NCBI GenBank assembly: GCA_951406725.2
Contig: OX597826.1
Span: 8,246,001 to 8,310,000 of the forward strand
DNA length: 64,000 nt
Direction: 5' to 3'
From: Octopus vulgaris
Taxonomy: Eukaryota
Shown here: positions 1 to 13,614 of the stretch, piece after piece
How positions within the stretch are numbered: the stretch's first letter is position 1
Layout of the letters: the number at the start of each line of letters is the position of its first letter
The notes under the pieces: generated by a model
Databases searched by the model: none
What the model was told of the DNA's origin: nothing
The model's input: the letters and a program-made list of their open reading frames with translations, nothing else
Made by a program: the position numbers and the translations under genes

Positions 1-31
1 TGTATGTGCATGAGTACGTACGTATGTATAT

Positions 32-195
32 AGTTCAAATTTATAGAAAAACAAAGACGAAGACAGGTGTAGGAAATCGGGAAAAACAGAAATGTTTTTT
101 ACGTTTCGAGCCTACGCTCTGCAACAGAAAGGAAGAAGAGGAAATAGATAGACAATGAAAAACACATGTTCAGTTCAGTGGTCCAACATCGCGAA
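32..195 (-). mobile_element. Family H2 short non-coding element (Penelope pLTR-like) with degenerate minimal hammerhead motif
   Basis: Minus strand of 97-130 reads tttCTGTTGC-aGAGcgtaggCTC-GAAAcGTAaaa. The downstream part (acacctgtcttcgtctttgttttt) matches the copies at 43888-44071 and 63790-63985 and ends in a TA-rich run. Confidence 0.65.
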
Positions 196-200
196 TGATA

Positions 201-366
201 TACGACGGGCTTCTTTCAGTTTCCGTCAAACAAATCCACTCACATGGCTTTGGTCGGCCCGAGGCTATAGTAGAAGACACTTGCCCAAGGTTCCACGCAG
301 TGGGAATGAACCCGGAACCATGTGGCTGGTAAGCAAGCTACTTACCACACAGGTACTCCTGCGCCT
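201..366 (-). mobile_element. SINE A/B family, 5' (tRNA-like head) half
   Basis: Reverse complement of ggcgcaggagt..tgtgtggtaagtagcttgcttacc..catggttccgggttca..cc..gacggaaactgaaagaagcccgtcgta. About ten similar heads occur in the window. Confidence 0.9.
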
Positions 367-379
367 AAAAATGTGTCAT

Positions 380-431
380 GCTTACAGCGCCTAGGTTTCC
401 CAAGCGATCACCCATCTAAGTATTATCTAGA
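380..431 (-). pseudogene. Decayed 5S rRNA-derived fragment (3' half)
   Basis: gcttacagcgcctaggtttcccaagcgatcacccatctaagtattatctag aligns without gaps to the reverse complement of the metazoan 5S 3' half (gcctacagcacccggtattcccaggcggtctcccatccaagtactaaccag, recalled from memory). Confidence 0.7.
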
Positions 432-623
432 TGTATTTAAGCCAAGTGGTAACTGTTTGTTTAGTCCTGTAAATAATTCCATTTAAATGTGACCCGTTGT
501 TTCACCCACTAATTTGTAACCTACTCCGAAAGTGCTGATGTGTGCACAACACTATGATGAGGGGTGCTGCTTAAATCACATGGCGATTAAACGCTTCCCG
601 TTCATTCGTTATAAGTATTGGTA

Positions 624-817
624 AGTGGCTTAGAGGTTAGGGTGTTGAACTCGTGATTGTAACATCGTGATTTCAATTCCACGTCCACTAAGGTAGCAGA
701 AATGAGTAACCCGGCCACAGACGGGCGTCCTAACAAGCCGGAGAACATTTACGCCATGGAACCTGGTAAAGCGGCCCTAATGAGTCGATATGACTCGAAA
801 AGTTACCTTTACCTTTA
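624..817 (+). mobile_element. Decayed tRNA-headed SINE (related to family E tail type)
   Basis: A-box-like gtggcttagagg and B-box-like tttcaattcc. The 3' part ggccctaatgag..atgactcgaaaag resembles the tail of 34863-35155. Ends in (ttacct)n. Confidence 0.55.
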
Positions 818-1252
818 CCATTCGATATACGGGGTTTATTGACGAACAATTTGCCTTTAAGGTAGCTCCACAAACGCTAATGGCCAAATTAAACGCCAGA
901 TAATCGAAGACTTCATGATCACTGCGTTAAGAAGAAATTTGGTCGGTAAGTATTTTTTAAATAAAGTCCATAACAGGTGTTACCCCGAGGTCGCTTGCAC
1001 CCTCTTGTTGAAACCATACATGTTATGAGTAAATGCCACTACTGTTTCATTCTGTTAGAATGATAATAGGCACAACACGAACACATAACGATCAACAATT
1101 AACTGTTCCTCCATGCTTTTTCCGTTGTCAACTTGTACTTCCATGTTAATTCTCTCTGAATTTGTATTTTAAACTTCCCTCTTCCCTTCTCTTTATAGGA
1201 TGCAAAACGTGACGGGAGAAATCAAACGAGAAGCTAATACTGTACCGGCAAG

Positions 1253-1264
1253 TATATATATATA

Positions 1265-1338
<74 letters not shown>
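1253..1338. repeat. (TA)n microsatellite
   Basis: Direct reading. Dozens of similar tracts in the window are not listed individually. Confidence 0.99.
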
Positions 1339-1339
<1 letters not shown>

Positions 1340-1826
1340 CGATTGCCTGTCCATGACTTTTTGCACACTCCACCTGTCATCATTGCAGCTAATACGTAAT
1401 CCCAAGCCTCCAGAAACAACTGTCGGAACTGAAAATCAATGCTCTCAACACATAGTATTCTGTATCTTTTGTACTCCATGTGTTTTGCAAATACATGTGT
1501 TACGCAAATACATAAACGTTTATGTTTATACGTGAATACTGATCTTCTGAATATTTTCGGGTATTTTCTAATGTATATATGCATACTTATATGTATATAT
1601 TATATATATATTTTATATATCAAATCCAATCATGTTTATCTGTTTATTAGCATCATTATATCTCTCTTACTATATATATATATATATATCTGTCTCTGTG
1701 TGTGTTTGTATATATATATATATATGTACATCCTACATATATACATATATTTAATGATGTTCTTCAATAGTCAACAAGTCTAAATTATTCAATATATTTT
1801 AAAAATTAAAGTTGATATATATGAAA

Positions 1827-1993
1827 ATATCGACCTTTTATCAACTCGTATATTTCAAGACCTTTTCCTCTCATCTTCAGAGCTCACAGCGTGATTTCTC
1901 TAAATGAGCGAAGATACACTTGAAACTTTTGGGCCAGTAGAAGGTCGATATGACCTCTGAAGATGAGGTAGAAAGGAACTTGAAACACGTCTA
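1827..1993. other. Decayed inverted repeat with hammerhead-like cores
   Basis: 1853-1882 (minus: ctCTGAAGAtgagaggaaaaggtcttGAAA) is the inverted match of 1955-1985 (ctCTGAAGAtgaggtagaaaggaacttGAAAcacGTC). atatcgacctt (1827-1837) inverts aaggtcgatat (1941-1951). Confidence 0.45.
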
Positions 1994-2109
1994 GAAATGT
2001 ATCGTCGGTATATACAAATGAATATATACGCGCACATACCTATTCACAAATGCACTGGCACAAATACGCGCTTGCGTATGTATATATATATATATATACT
2101 TATATCTAT

Positions 2110-2430
2110 GTGGTTAGAGCGTCGAGCTTACGATCGTGAGGTTGTGAGCTCGAATCCCGGACCGGGCTGCGTGTTGTGTTCTTGAGCAAGACACTTTATT
2201 TCACGTTGCTCCAGTTAACTCAGCTGTAGAAATGAGTTGCGACGTCACTGGTGCCAAGCTGTATCGACCTTCATGTTTCCCTTGGATAACACTGGTGGCG
2301 TGGAGAGGGGAGGCCGGTATGCATGGGCGACTGCTGGTCTTCCATAAATACAACCATGCCCAGACTTGTGACTAGGAGGGTAACTTTCTAGGTGCAATCC
2401 CATGGTCAGTGTCGTGACCGAAGGGGGTCC
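2110..2430 (+). mobile_element. SINE family D (tRNA-derived head)
   Basis: gtggttagagcg..gagctcgaatccc head, then gtgttgtgttcttgagcaagacacttt body. A highly similar inverted copy lies at 11727-12061. Confidence 0.9.
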
Positions 2431-2486
2431 CGGATCCCGGATATCTATATATCTATCATTTTATCACTATCTCTCTCCTCCTCTGT

Positions 2487-2561
<75 letters not shown>

Positions 2562-2580
2562 TATACACACACATATAAAC

Positions 2581-2697
2581 TGTGTTTAGCCCCTTGTCGG
2601 TAGTAAAGAAATAGGTATTTTGTTTGCCGCTACGTTCTGAGTTCAAATTCTGCCGAGGACGACTTTGCCTTTGATCCTTTCAGGGTCGATTAAATAG
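2581..2697 (+). mobile_element. SINE family C internal fragment
   Basis: tgtgtttagccccttgtcggtagtaaagaaataggtattt..tacgttctgagttcaaattc matches the linker/module junction of 45715-46113. Confidence 0.85.
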
Positions 2698-2847
2698 TTA
2701 TGAGGGAAGAATCGGATCGTGTGAATTTTCCGAAGCTCCTTTTGTTTACATATTCGTTTTCTACACATTGTTTTACACATATCAGACTGTTTTTGTTGTG
2801 TTTTGGTGACCGGGTGTTAAACTATATAATAAGCGAAATAATTATAT

Positions 2848-3244
2848 TCTTTTCTACTCTGGGCACAAGGCCCGAAATTCGGGGGAAGGGAGCCAGACGA
2901 TTAGATCGACTCCAGTATATAACTGGTACTTAATTTATTGAACCCGAAAGGATGAAAGGAAAAGTCGACCTCGGCGAAATTTGAACACAGCATGTAAAGA
3001 CAGACAAAATACCTATTTCTTTACTACCCACAAGGGGCTAAACACAGAGGGGACAAACAAGGACAGACAAAGGGATTAAGTCGATTACATCGACCCCAGC
3101 GCGTCACTGGTACTTATTTTAATCGACCCCGAAAGGATGAAAGGCAAAGTCGACCTCGGCGGAATTTGAACTCGGAACGTAGCGGCAGACGAAATACCGC
3201 TAAGCATTTCACCCGGCTTGCTAACGTCTCTGCCAGCTCACCGC
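2848..3244 (-). mobile_element. SINE family C, two-module form
   Basis: Head (gcggtgagctggcaga), two copies of the gagttcaaattccgccgaggtcgactttgcctttcatcctttcggggtcgat module separated by the linker, then tail ..ggccttgtgcccagagtagaaag. Confidence 0.92.
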
Positions 3245-3245
3245 A

Positions 3246-3312
<67 letters not shown>

Positions 3313-3424
3313 TTTTATTCTTTTGTTTTTTTTTGTTTTTTTTCATCCCCAAAAGAAAAGCTCTACCTTGTAACTTGTCCCATCTGTGTGCAGCCCTGTG
3401 TGGCCAATAAAGAAACGTATCTTT

Positions 3425-3468
<44 letters not shown>

Positions 3469-3865
3469 ATACACACCTTTTTTACACGAATACGCACACA
3501 CGCACATACACACATATATACACTCACCACGCTTTATTTTGTCAGAGACAATGAAAGGGCTTTTACCCAGTCGATCGGCATACTAGAAATAACCACCGAA
3601 TCCCTGACAATTCACAAGCGCTACAACCTCAACAAACATAAATGAATATATGAAAATTATGATGATAGATATAAACACAAAAGATTTGGCCTGGCCACGA
3701 TTATAACGCCTTTGACTATAGGTCTACTCGACCAGATCAGGTTAACCCCTTTGATCAAAGATTTATTCGATTGAGGGGTCAAACAACGCTATGTAATTAT
3801 ACAGTAATACATTAAATATTCCTTTAGATAATACGTATTGATTAATAGACAAATATATGAAAAGA

Positions 3866-3928
<63 letters not shown>

Positions 3929-4205
3929 CGAGATGGTCAGTTACAACATGCATGTTATTAAATGTGCTCATAATTGATTAGTACTCGATACTCTGGAATC
4001 GATATTGATATCACACCAAGTAGGTTCGGCGTAACTTGACTGGAGGTAAGTTGTAAACAGCATGAATAATTTGGTGCATGAACACATTGGTGCATTCAAA
4101 CTGCGATGGCATGTTGTATGTATATAGTCTACGTATGTATGGATGTATGCATGTGTATATATAAATGTGTACGTATATGTATATATATATATATGCATAT
4201 ATATA

Positions 4206-4259
<54 letters not shown>

Positions 4260-4400
4260 CATATACATATATATCTTATTATGTATGTATATGCTAAGAA
4301 ATGTCACTGCGACCTTTCCGATAAAATCATCGTGATAATCATATTTATATACATATACATGCATAAATACAAACAGAAACACTCATGTAATTTTGATAAG

Positions 4401-4718
<318 letters not shown>

Positions 4719-4831
4719 TATATATTCACATATACATAAACCAGTTGTGTTTCAGCCAAGAAATTAACTTGGTGAATTCTTTGTCGGTTTCGAAAATGGG
4801 CATCAAGTTGCTCGATAAATCTGAACTCTTA

Positions 4832-5030
4832 CTGTACAAGGACAGAAGTTTGGGGAAGGGGTAAGTGAATTACATCGACCACAGTTCTCAAATTGTACTT
4901 AGTTTATCAACAGCGAAAGTATGAAAGGCAAAGTCGATCGAGCTGGAATTCGAACGCAGAATGTAAAGACGGACGAAATACCGCCAAACATTTAGCTCGG
5001 CGGGTTAACGATTCTGCCGGATTGCCACCT
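4832..5030 (-). mobile_element. SINE family C, decayed monomer
   Basis: atgaaaggcaaagtcga..ggaattcgaacgcagaatgtaaagacggacgaaataccgc..gattctgcc. Confidence 0.8.
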
Positions 5031-5214
5031 TTACTGCACAGTATACTAACGAACAAGTCTCTGAGTAATCGGTTGGTATGTGATCCCTTAAGGTAATTTT
5101 CAGGAAGAATCAACGGGACATAGGGTTCTGAGAGAGCCGGGTGTTTCGATTAAGGGTGCAACACAGGGAGAGAGAATGATAGAGAGAGGGGGGAGAAAAA
5201 GAGAGGAGGGAAAG

Positions 5215-5263
<49 letters not shown>

Positions 5264-5751
5264 CTTCATTTCGCGTTGTTCCAATTCGCTATGCTATAAA
5301 TGGATAACCGTCTGACGATATGGTATTCTGATCAGGAGGTATGTTGGCCTGCGATGCCTAACCAACGGGTTGCGTCTTTAGAAAACTACAACTAGAAGGA
5401 GGAAGAAAAGAGAACCACTGAAGTCATATGGGCAAAGTTGCTCTCAGCGTTATTTGAACGTGGTACAGCATTACAGAATGCAAAGCATCATAGCCAGTGT
5501 CACTAACGATTCTGCCAACAGACCGTATTCAACTGAACGTATATTCTGCATACATCAAGTGATTTTATCAAAAGCTCTTATTCGTTCGAGTGATTTATTA
5601 CATTCACTAATGGACGAAACTAGTGTTGTGGCTATTAAGTCTTCACAAATTTGTTGTTCTTTTACAAATGGAATAACATACTTCCCAGTTTTACCAAATA
5701 ATGTCGAGATAATGTCTAGCCGAAATATTCATAATGTTTAACAATGTATTT

Positions 5752-5781
5752 CACTCTCTCTCTCTCTCTCTCTCACTCACT

Positions 5782-5813
<32 letters not shown>

Positions 5814-5941
5814 CCCTCTCTCTTTTTCTCTCTCTCTCTCTTTCTATCTCTTTCTCTCTCTGTCTTTCTCTTTCTCTCTCTCTCCCTATCTATCAATCTC
5901 CGTCTCTCTTTTTCTCTCTGTCTCTCTGTCTCTCTCTGTCT

Positions 5942-5989
<48 letters not shown>

Positions 5990-6271
5990 CCCTCTCTCTT
6001 TTTCTCTCTTTCTCTCTCTGTTTTTCTCTTTCTTTCTCTCTCTCTCTATCTCCCCTCTCCTTCTCTCTTTGTCTCTCTCCTTCTCTCTTTGTCTCTCTCT
6101 TTCTCTCTCCGTCTTTCTCTCTCTCTCTCTCTCTCGATCTATCTCTCTCTCTCTTTTTATCTCTCTGTCTTTCTCTTTCTCTCTCTGTCTTTCTCTTTCT
6201 TTCTCTATATATCTATCTATCTATCTTTCTCCCTCTCCCTTTCTCTCTCTGTTTCTCTCTTTCTCTCTCTC
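5752..6271. repeat. ~520-bp (CT)n/(CTAT)n polypyrimidine tract
   Basis: Direct reading. Confidence 0.98.
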
Positions 6272-6899
6272 GTATATTCTCTGATTTGAATGCTTGTCTA
6301 TCTGTCTTACCCTCTCGCTACTTTTTTTCTTCTCACCCACCTTCACTACCCTCTATCTCTTACTATCTCAACGAATCAACCTTTACTGCTGTATGCGTGT
6401 CTATATAGATGTAGTCGACTAGTTAAATACACACCCATGCAAACATACACACACAGAGGCACACACACCAACATACACCCATACGCACACACATAAACAC
6501 ACATACATACATTCATAAGCACACATACACAAACACACCCACAGGTGTGTGTACGTATGCATACACATAAGCATATATACGCACGCAACGACACACACAC
6601 ACAAGTTCGAGTGTACAATGGCGAAAAGAATCATAACACTGCTGCTTTTTAACTCAACGGTTCCCAGACACAATTACTTCTAAAACTATTTGGTCAAAAT
6701 GTTGAAGGTTCGTAAACATGTTAAGAGGGAATTGCATAATTCTAGACCTTTAAATGCCAAAGCGCTGCCAATAATAACGTCTGAGAAAGTGAGAATTATT
6801 ATTGTGTTCTGTCTTTAATGCCAATATCGGGAAGCAGGTTTCATAGTCTTCTGTAAATATTAATTCTTTTTAGAATAAGCGCACAACACGTGGAATCAT

Positions 6900-7079
6900 T
6901 TGGGAGATAGAAGCCAGTCGATTACATCGAGTCCAAGGTTCAACTTGCACTTAATTCATCCACCCTGAAACGATGGAATGCAAAGTGGGCGGAAATTGGG
7001 CTGAGGGAGTAAAGAAGGAAAAAAAATACTGCCCGGCATTTTGACCGGTCTGGTACGTATTCTGATGACTAGCTGCCTT
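6900..7079 (-). mobile_element. SINE family C, decayed monomer
   Basis: agtcgattacatcga..gatggaatgcaaagt..ggcggaaatt..aatactgcccggcattttg..gctgcctta. Confidence 0.7.
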
Positions 7080-7276
<197 letters not shown>

Positions 7277-7282
7277 CTACAA

Positions 7283-7480
7283 TAGGCACAAGGCCTGAAA
7301 TTATTTAAGGGGGGAATATATTCGATTACCTCGACCTCAATGCTCAACTGCAACATATTGACTCCAAAGGGATGAAAAGAAAAGATTCACTGGGCGGAAT
7401 TTGAACTCAGAACGCAAAGCCTAAGGAAATGTCGCTCAGCATTGTGTCCAGTGCAATACCGATTCTGCCAGTTTGCCACC
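7283..7480 (-). mobile_element. SINE family C, decayed monomer
   Basis: taggcacaaggcctgaaatt tail, ggcggaatttgaactcagaacg B-box region, gattctgccagtttgccacc head. Confidence 0.8.
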
Positions 7481-7611
7481 CTGTGTAAATATTGTTTTAA
7501 AGTTTTAGCACAAGGCCAGCATTTATTGAGGAAGAGTTAAGACGATTATATCGACCCCAATGTTCTTTTATTCTCAAGTTCCCGATGTTCCTTCCTACAC
7601 ACACACACACA

Positions 7612-7652
<41 letters not shown>

Positions 7653-9505
7653 TCTCACACACATACACATGCTCACACACTCACACACACGCACATATGT
7701 AATAAATCGTCTGCACAGCGAAAAGAAAGAATCAAAACGATTCCTTATATATCCATTAATTCGTTCAGTTAGATTCCAACGATAGAATGTTAATTCCCAT
7801 TCTATCTGATCAATGGGGCACAACTTATGCCGGCAGAGGTATGTGTGTTTATAACGCACTTCATTCACTGGTGTCAGCAAACATTGGAGCACCCGGTGTT
7901 TCGACATATATGTGCCTTCTCAGGCAAACATACCACGAACTAATGAACGAAGAAGAGTTTGTGGCACTTGTTAATAAATGCAGAAAATAAATTATTTGCT
8001 GGCACATGTTATTATATGGCAAGAAATAATACCTCATCAGAATCAAAACGGTCACGTACATACTCATTCCTAACTCACGTTGCTATGTGTATGTATGTAT
8101 ATATGCATGTGTTTGTATATATATATTATATATATATACACACATATGTATATCATATATATATATTATATGATATATATGCATTTTTGTATTTTGCAGA
8201 TGTATACTTATAGCTATATTTATAAGTGTTTGTGTGTATGTGTGTCTGTGCCTACGCATTTGCATACATACACACACATATACAGGCAAACACACACACA
8301 AACACACACGTTTTGTCTTGTAACCTTTCCAATAGTTTTGACTCTGTCCGTTATCCACACTGCATTGTTTTTTCTTTTGTTTGTGTGCATGAGTGTGAAT
8401 CAGTGTGTGTGTGTGTGTGTGTGTGTGTGCATGCACATGTATGTATGTATGTATGTATGTATGTATGTATGTATGTATGTATGTGTGTATGTATGTATGC
8501 ATGTATGTATGTATGTATGTATGTATGTATTTATGTATGTATGTATGTATGTATGTATGTATGTATGTATGTATGTATGTATGTGCATTTGTATGTATGT
8601 ATTCTGCATATTCACGTTTGCATGTCCGTGTTTGTGTGTTTTTATGTGTCTGTATGTATGTATGTGTGTGTATGTGAATGTGTGTGCGTGTGTGTTTGCA
8701 TACGCCATTAAATTTTGACAATAACATTCACTATTTCTCACCAGATTGTTTAATTTTGATTTAATCTTTCTCCCATATTTTCGGCGATTCGCATGATATG
8801 CTCATACCTCGTATCTCACCTTCCTGAACAGAGATAAGAAACTCCAAATGCAAAACTCAAGCGAAGGTATCATTGTTCAGTTGTTTACAATTCGCGTAAG
8901 AAATTTCTTCAGCAAATTTCCCCCGGACAGTTTATATAGATAAAATTCACTTTTATATTTAAAGGTTAAAGATCAGTGAGATAGCAGGCTCAATCTTGAT
9001 ACTAAATGTAACAAAACTCACTGTTCGAATTGTTAGGCTAATGGCGGTCGCTATCAGTAGAACATGAATGGAAATATAAAGAAAAGAAAGCAGAATTTAG
9101 TGAGATAAACGTCTCAAGCAGGGTTCTTTTTATTCTGAAGATATTATCCGTCCTTAACGAAAGAAACTGACCCACAGATACCCTAATCTCTAATTCTTCT
9201 TGTATATATCTTGTTTAGCAGTAACAAACACACTTTATTATCTTTTTTGAATTTTATTAAATTACTTCTCTTTACTTGTCCATACAATCATGAGCAATAT
9301 GGCCACGGGTTGGCAGAGTCGTCCGATCGAAAGATGAAATAAATTTGTTTGTGTCTTCTGCTTTTTGTGTCCTACCCTTGCAGAGGTCAGTTTTGACTTT
9401 CTTCCTCTCGGGATCCATAAATAAAAAAATAAGATCAGTACTGGAGTCTCTATTTCTCTTCCCCACGCGCGCTCACTCTCCTCCGTATCTATCTACCTAT
9501 TTATC

Positions 9506-9629
<124 letters not shown>

Positions 9630-9633
9630 ATCG

Positions 9634-9741
<108 letters not shown>

Positions 9742-10009
9742 TACCTATCTACCTGTCTATCTATCTATCTATCTATCTATCGCTTTTCTCTTTGAAAGAA
9801 TTATCATGTGATCAAACCCTGGGTGAGATGGGCTCCGCCAGCTTAAACCAATTTAGGCACGCTCCATGTCACAACAGCACTTGTATGACCCCATCAGGAA
9901 TTGAGAACCTAAGGACAGAAAAAGGAAGGAAGAAAGGATAAATTAAAAAATATATATGAAGAAAGCAGATAAGAAATTCTACTTGCTAGCACCATCTTAA
10001 ATAGCAGGG

Positions 10010-10343
10010 AGTAACACGCTCGCCTCCCAATCACATGGTTCTGGATTCAATGCCGCTGCGTGGAACCTTGGATGAGCGTCTTCTACCCTAGCCTCAGACC
10101 GACCAAAGAGTTATGAGTGGATTTGGTAGACGGAAACTGAAAGAATCCCGTCGTATTTATAAATATACATATATAGGCGCAGGAGTGGCTGTGTGGTAAG
10201 TAGGTTCCTAACCACCAACCACATGGTTCCGGGTTCAGTCCCACTGCGTGGCATCTTGGGCAAGTGTCTTCTGCTATAGCCTCGGGCCGACCAAATCCTT
10301 GTGAGTGGATTTGTTTGACGGAAACTGAAAGAAGCCCGTTGTA
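10010..10343 (+). mobile_element. Two tandem SINE A heads (older ~10010-10155, younger 10176-10343)
   Basis: Both end in gagtggatttg(g/t)..gacggaaactgaaagaa.cccgt.gta. The second has an intact ggcgcaggagtggctgtgtggtaag start. Confidence 0.88.
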
Positions 10344-10780
10344 TATATATACATATATATATATACATATATATGTATGTATATGCGTCCTGTTTCTGTT
10401 TTTGTCCTCCAGAAGATCAGTAATTTTGAGGGAAGGGAGTTATTCGATACTACTGACCACAGTAATTCACCGGTACTCTGTTTTATCAACCCCAAGAAGG
10501 ATAAAAGGCAAAATTGACCTCGGTGTGCGATTTGAACTTAGAATGTAAAGAACCGGAGAAAAAGTCACTATCTAACACCAACATCTTCATCCGCTGGTCA
10601 GTCACGTACCTTCTGAACAGGACTTGATGTGGTAGAAAGAACAGCCATCTTGCCTTCAAGCAAACACTAAAATATGGGAGATAACGTAGATGGAATGACT
10701 ATGAAAGGCGGGATGGGCATGAAATTTGTCCAGAGGTTGGCTAAAGACAGTATAAACAGTAATGAAATAGCAAGCAATAC

Positions 10781-11300
10781 TTCATCACATCATCAGCTGC
10801 GATGATGTCGTTATTATCGTCGTCGTTATTATCATTATCATCATCATTATCATCATCATCATCATCATCATTATCATCACTACCATCATCATCACCACCA
10901 ATATCATCATCCACCTCATCATCATCGTCGTCGTCGTCACCGTCGTCATAGTCATCATAATCATCATCGTCTTCATTACCATTACTACCACCATCATCAT
11001 CCTCAGCATCATCAGAATCATCATCATTCGTCGTCGTCATTATCACCAGCACCACTCCCATCACCACCACCACAACCACCACTTCCACCACCACCCACCA
11101 CCACCACCACCACCACCACCACCATCATCCTCAGCATCATCAGAATCATCATCATTTGTCGTCATCATTATCATCATCGTCATCATCACCACCAAAATTA
11201 CTCCCACCACCACCATCATCATCCTCATCATCACTATTACCACCACTACCATCATCGTCATCATCATCATCAACACCATACCGTAATCAGCATCATGGAC
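10781..11300. repeat. (CAT)n/(CAC)n/(CGT)n trinucleotide low-complexity region
   Basis: Direct reading. Includes a ~50-bp internal duplication (catcatcctcagcatcatcagaatcatcatcatt.gtcgtc) near 10995 and 11123. Confidence 0.95.
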
Positions 11301-11594
11301 AATAACAGCAATACCATCGCCATGGCCTCATTCAGCTGTCTCTTTCTTATACGAAATGATTAATTATATAATTATTACTAACAAAGCCGCCAGCGGATAC
11401 AATAATCTATCTACGTTAGTTATTTATGTCTGTAGACCAATGTAGCTTCCACTCATGACAACCCCGACCCTATACACACACACCCACCCACCCACATACT
11501 GCCCTTGGTTCCTCCTTTCCATCCTCTACTTAACGCACATCCTCTCTCTCCCTTTCTATCCTTCTCTCTCTGAATATATATATATATATATATT

Positions 11595-11640
11595 TCTTTT
11601 TCGTTTCAGCTCAGAGCTGCGGCCATGCTGATGCACCGCC

Positions 11641-11641
<1 letters not shown>
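11595..11641 (-). mobile_element. Isolated LINE/SINE 3' tail (~45 bp) inside (TA)n
   Basis: Minus strand cggcggtgcatcagcatggccgcagctctgagctgaaacg has the same tail motif as SINE A/B and the LINE end at 55318-55555. Confidence 0.75.
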
Positions 11642-11721
<80 letters not shown>

Positions 11722-11726
11722 CATAT

Positions 11727-12061
11727 AAAGTAAAGAACCCCTTCGGTCATGAATGACCATGGGATTGCACCTAGAAAGTTACCCTCCTAGACACAAGTCC
11801 GGGCAATGTTGTTTATGGAAGGCCAGCAGTCGCCCATGCATACCAGCCTCCCCTCTCCACGCCACCAGTGTTATCCAAGGGAGAGACAAAGGTCGATACA
11901 GCTTGGCACCAGTGACGTCGCAACTCATTTCTACAGCTGAGTGAACTGGAGCAACGTGAAATAAAGTGCCTTGCTCAAGAACACAACACGCAGCCCGGTC
12001 CGGGATTAGAGCTCATAACCTCACGATCGTAAGCTCGACGCTCTAACCACTGAGCCATGCG
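11727..12061 (-). mobile_element. SINE family D, full length
   Basis: Minus strand starts gcatggctcagtggttagagcg (A box) and is collinear with 2110-2430. Tail is ctttacttt. Confidence 0.92.
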
Positions 12062-12791
12062 ATATGTATATATATATATATATACACATATATATATATA
12101 TTTATATATATATTTATTTATTTATTATTATATATATATATATATATATATAACACACGCACACACACACACATATATATATATATATACATACATGCAT
12201 ACACACACACACATACATATATACATGCATATATATGCATATGCATGTGTGTATATGCGTATATATATGTATGTGTGTGTATGTAGATGTATGTGTATAT
12301 ATACCTATATATAGGCATATATCTATATATACATATACATATATACATATACATATATACATATATATAGAGAGAGAGAAAGAGAGAGAGGGGGAGGGAG
12401 GGAGGGAGGAAGGGAGAAACACGAATATACGCATATATGTGTGTTTGTGAGTGAGTGTGTGTATGTGTGTGTAAATATACATGTATGTATTTATGTATGT
12501 GTCTCTCCAGAGCAATACCCTTTCTCTCATATTGGCTTATTTAATTTCCTTCATTTATTTCTTTCTGTCTCATCATTGTCGATCTCTCTACCTCGCAAGC
12601 TCGTTCGCAAACTCATTCTTTCTTTCTCGCACTTACCCACTTTCCAATTCTCACCCTGTGGGTCTCTCCCCTTCTCCCTCTCCCTCTTCCTCTCCCTTTC
12701 TCGGCAGAGCTTACGTTGTACTGCATTCCTCATGGCATTATCGACACATCCTTGCGTTTTATTTAACCTAAGTTAATATTCTAAAAATTGC

Positions 12792-13197
12792 TTCAGTCAT
12801 TAGACGGCGGCCATGCTGGAGTACCGCCTTGAAGAATTTTAGACGAGACGAATCAGCTTCAGTACATAAGATTTTGGAACCTCTTATTCAATCGAGTCTC
12901 TTTTGCCGAACCGTTAAGTTATGAGGACGTAAATAGACCAACGCCGGTTGTCAATCGACGGTGGGGCACAAATACATACGAACAGACACACACACATACA
13001 CGCACTCTCTCTCTCACACACACATATATACATATATATATTATATGTATGTATGTATGTATGTATGTGTACGACCGGCTTCTTTCAGTTTCCGTGTACC
13101 AAATCCACTGGCAAAGCTGTCCAAGGTGTCATTTACACAAGATGCTACTTGCCCAAAATCTCATGTAGTTGGTCAGAACCCGCAACCATGTGGCTAA
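12792..13197 (-). mobile_element. SINE A/B family, decayed, with internal microsatellite
   Basis: B half (gcggccatgctggagtaccgcctt..ttttgccgaaccgttaagtta..ggttgtcaa), then CA/TA/TATG repeats, then A half (ttctttcagtttccgt..ccaaatccact). Confidence 0.8.
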
Positions 13198-13614
13198 GAC
13201 ACACACATGTATGTATGTACATATGTATGTGTGTATATGCTTGTATATATGTATGTATGTATGTGCTTGTATGTATGTATGTATGTATGTGTGTTTGTAA
13301 ATGTATCTGTTTTGTTTTCGTTGTTTTCCTTCCTCTCCAAATATACTTCAGTCAACTTTCCATCTTATCTCTACCTCTTCATCAGTATTTCTTTTACAAT
13401 TTCCCCCTACATTCATCTCTCAACAGAATTACATAAAATATCACTCGATGGCGACAACCTATGTATGATGATGATGACGATGACGATGACGACGACGAGA
13501 ACGACAATGATGATAGTTTCTCGTAGTCTAGGACAGGCGTTTCTGCAATATCCTGTTGAACAACCTGGACAAGTGTTTTGTTTATAGTGATCGATTATAT
13601 ATGCTGTACATAAT

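Noticed and set aside
2110-2170. tRNA genes at SINE heads (also 24057, 35155, 12061, 10176)
   Set aside because: A/B boxes are present but continue into SINE bodies, and I could not build a full cloverleaf with a T-run terminator.
7770-7990. Possible exon(s) with gag|gtatgt donor and 67-aa ORF
   Set aside because: No recognisable protein similarity, a weak acceptor, and no partner exons identified.
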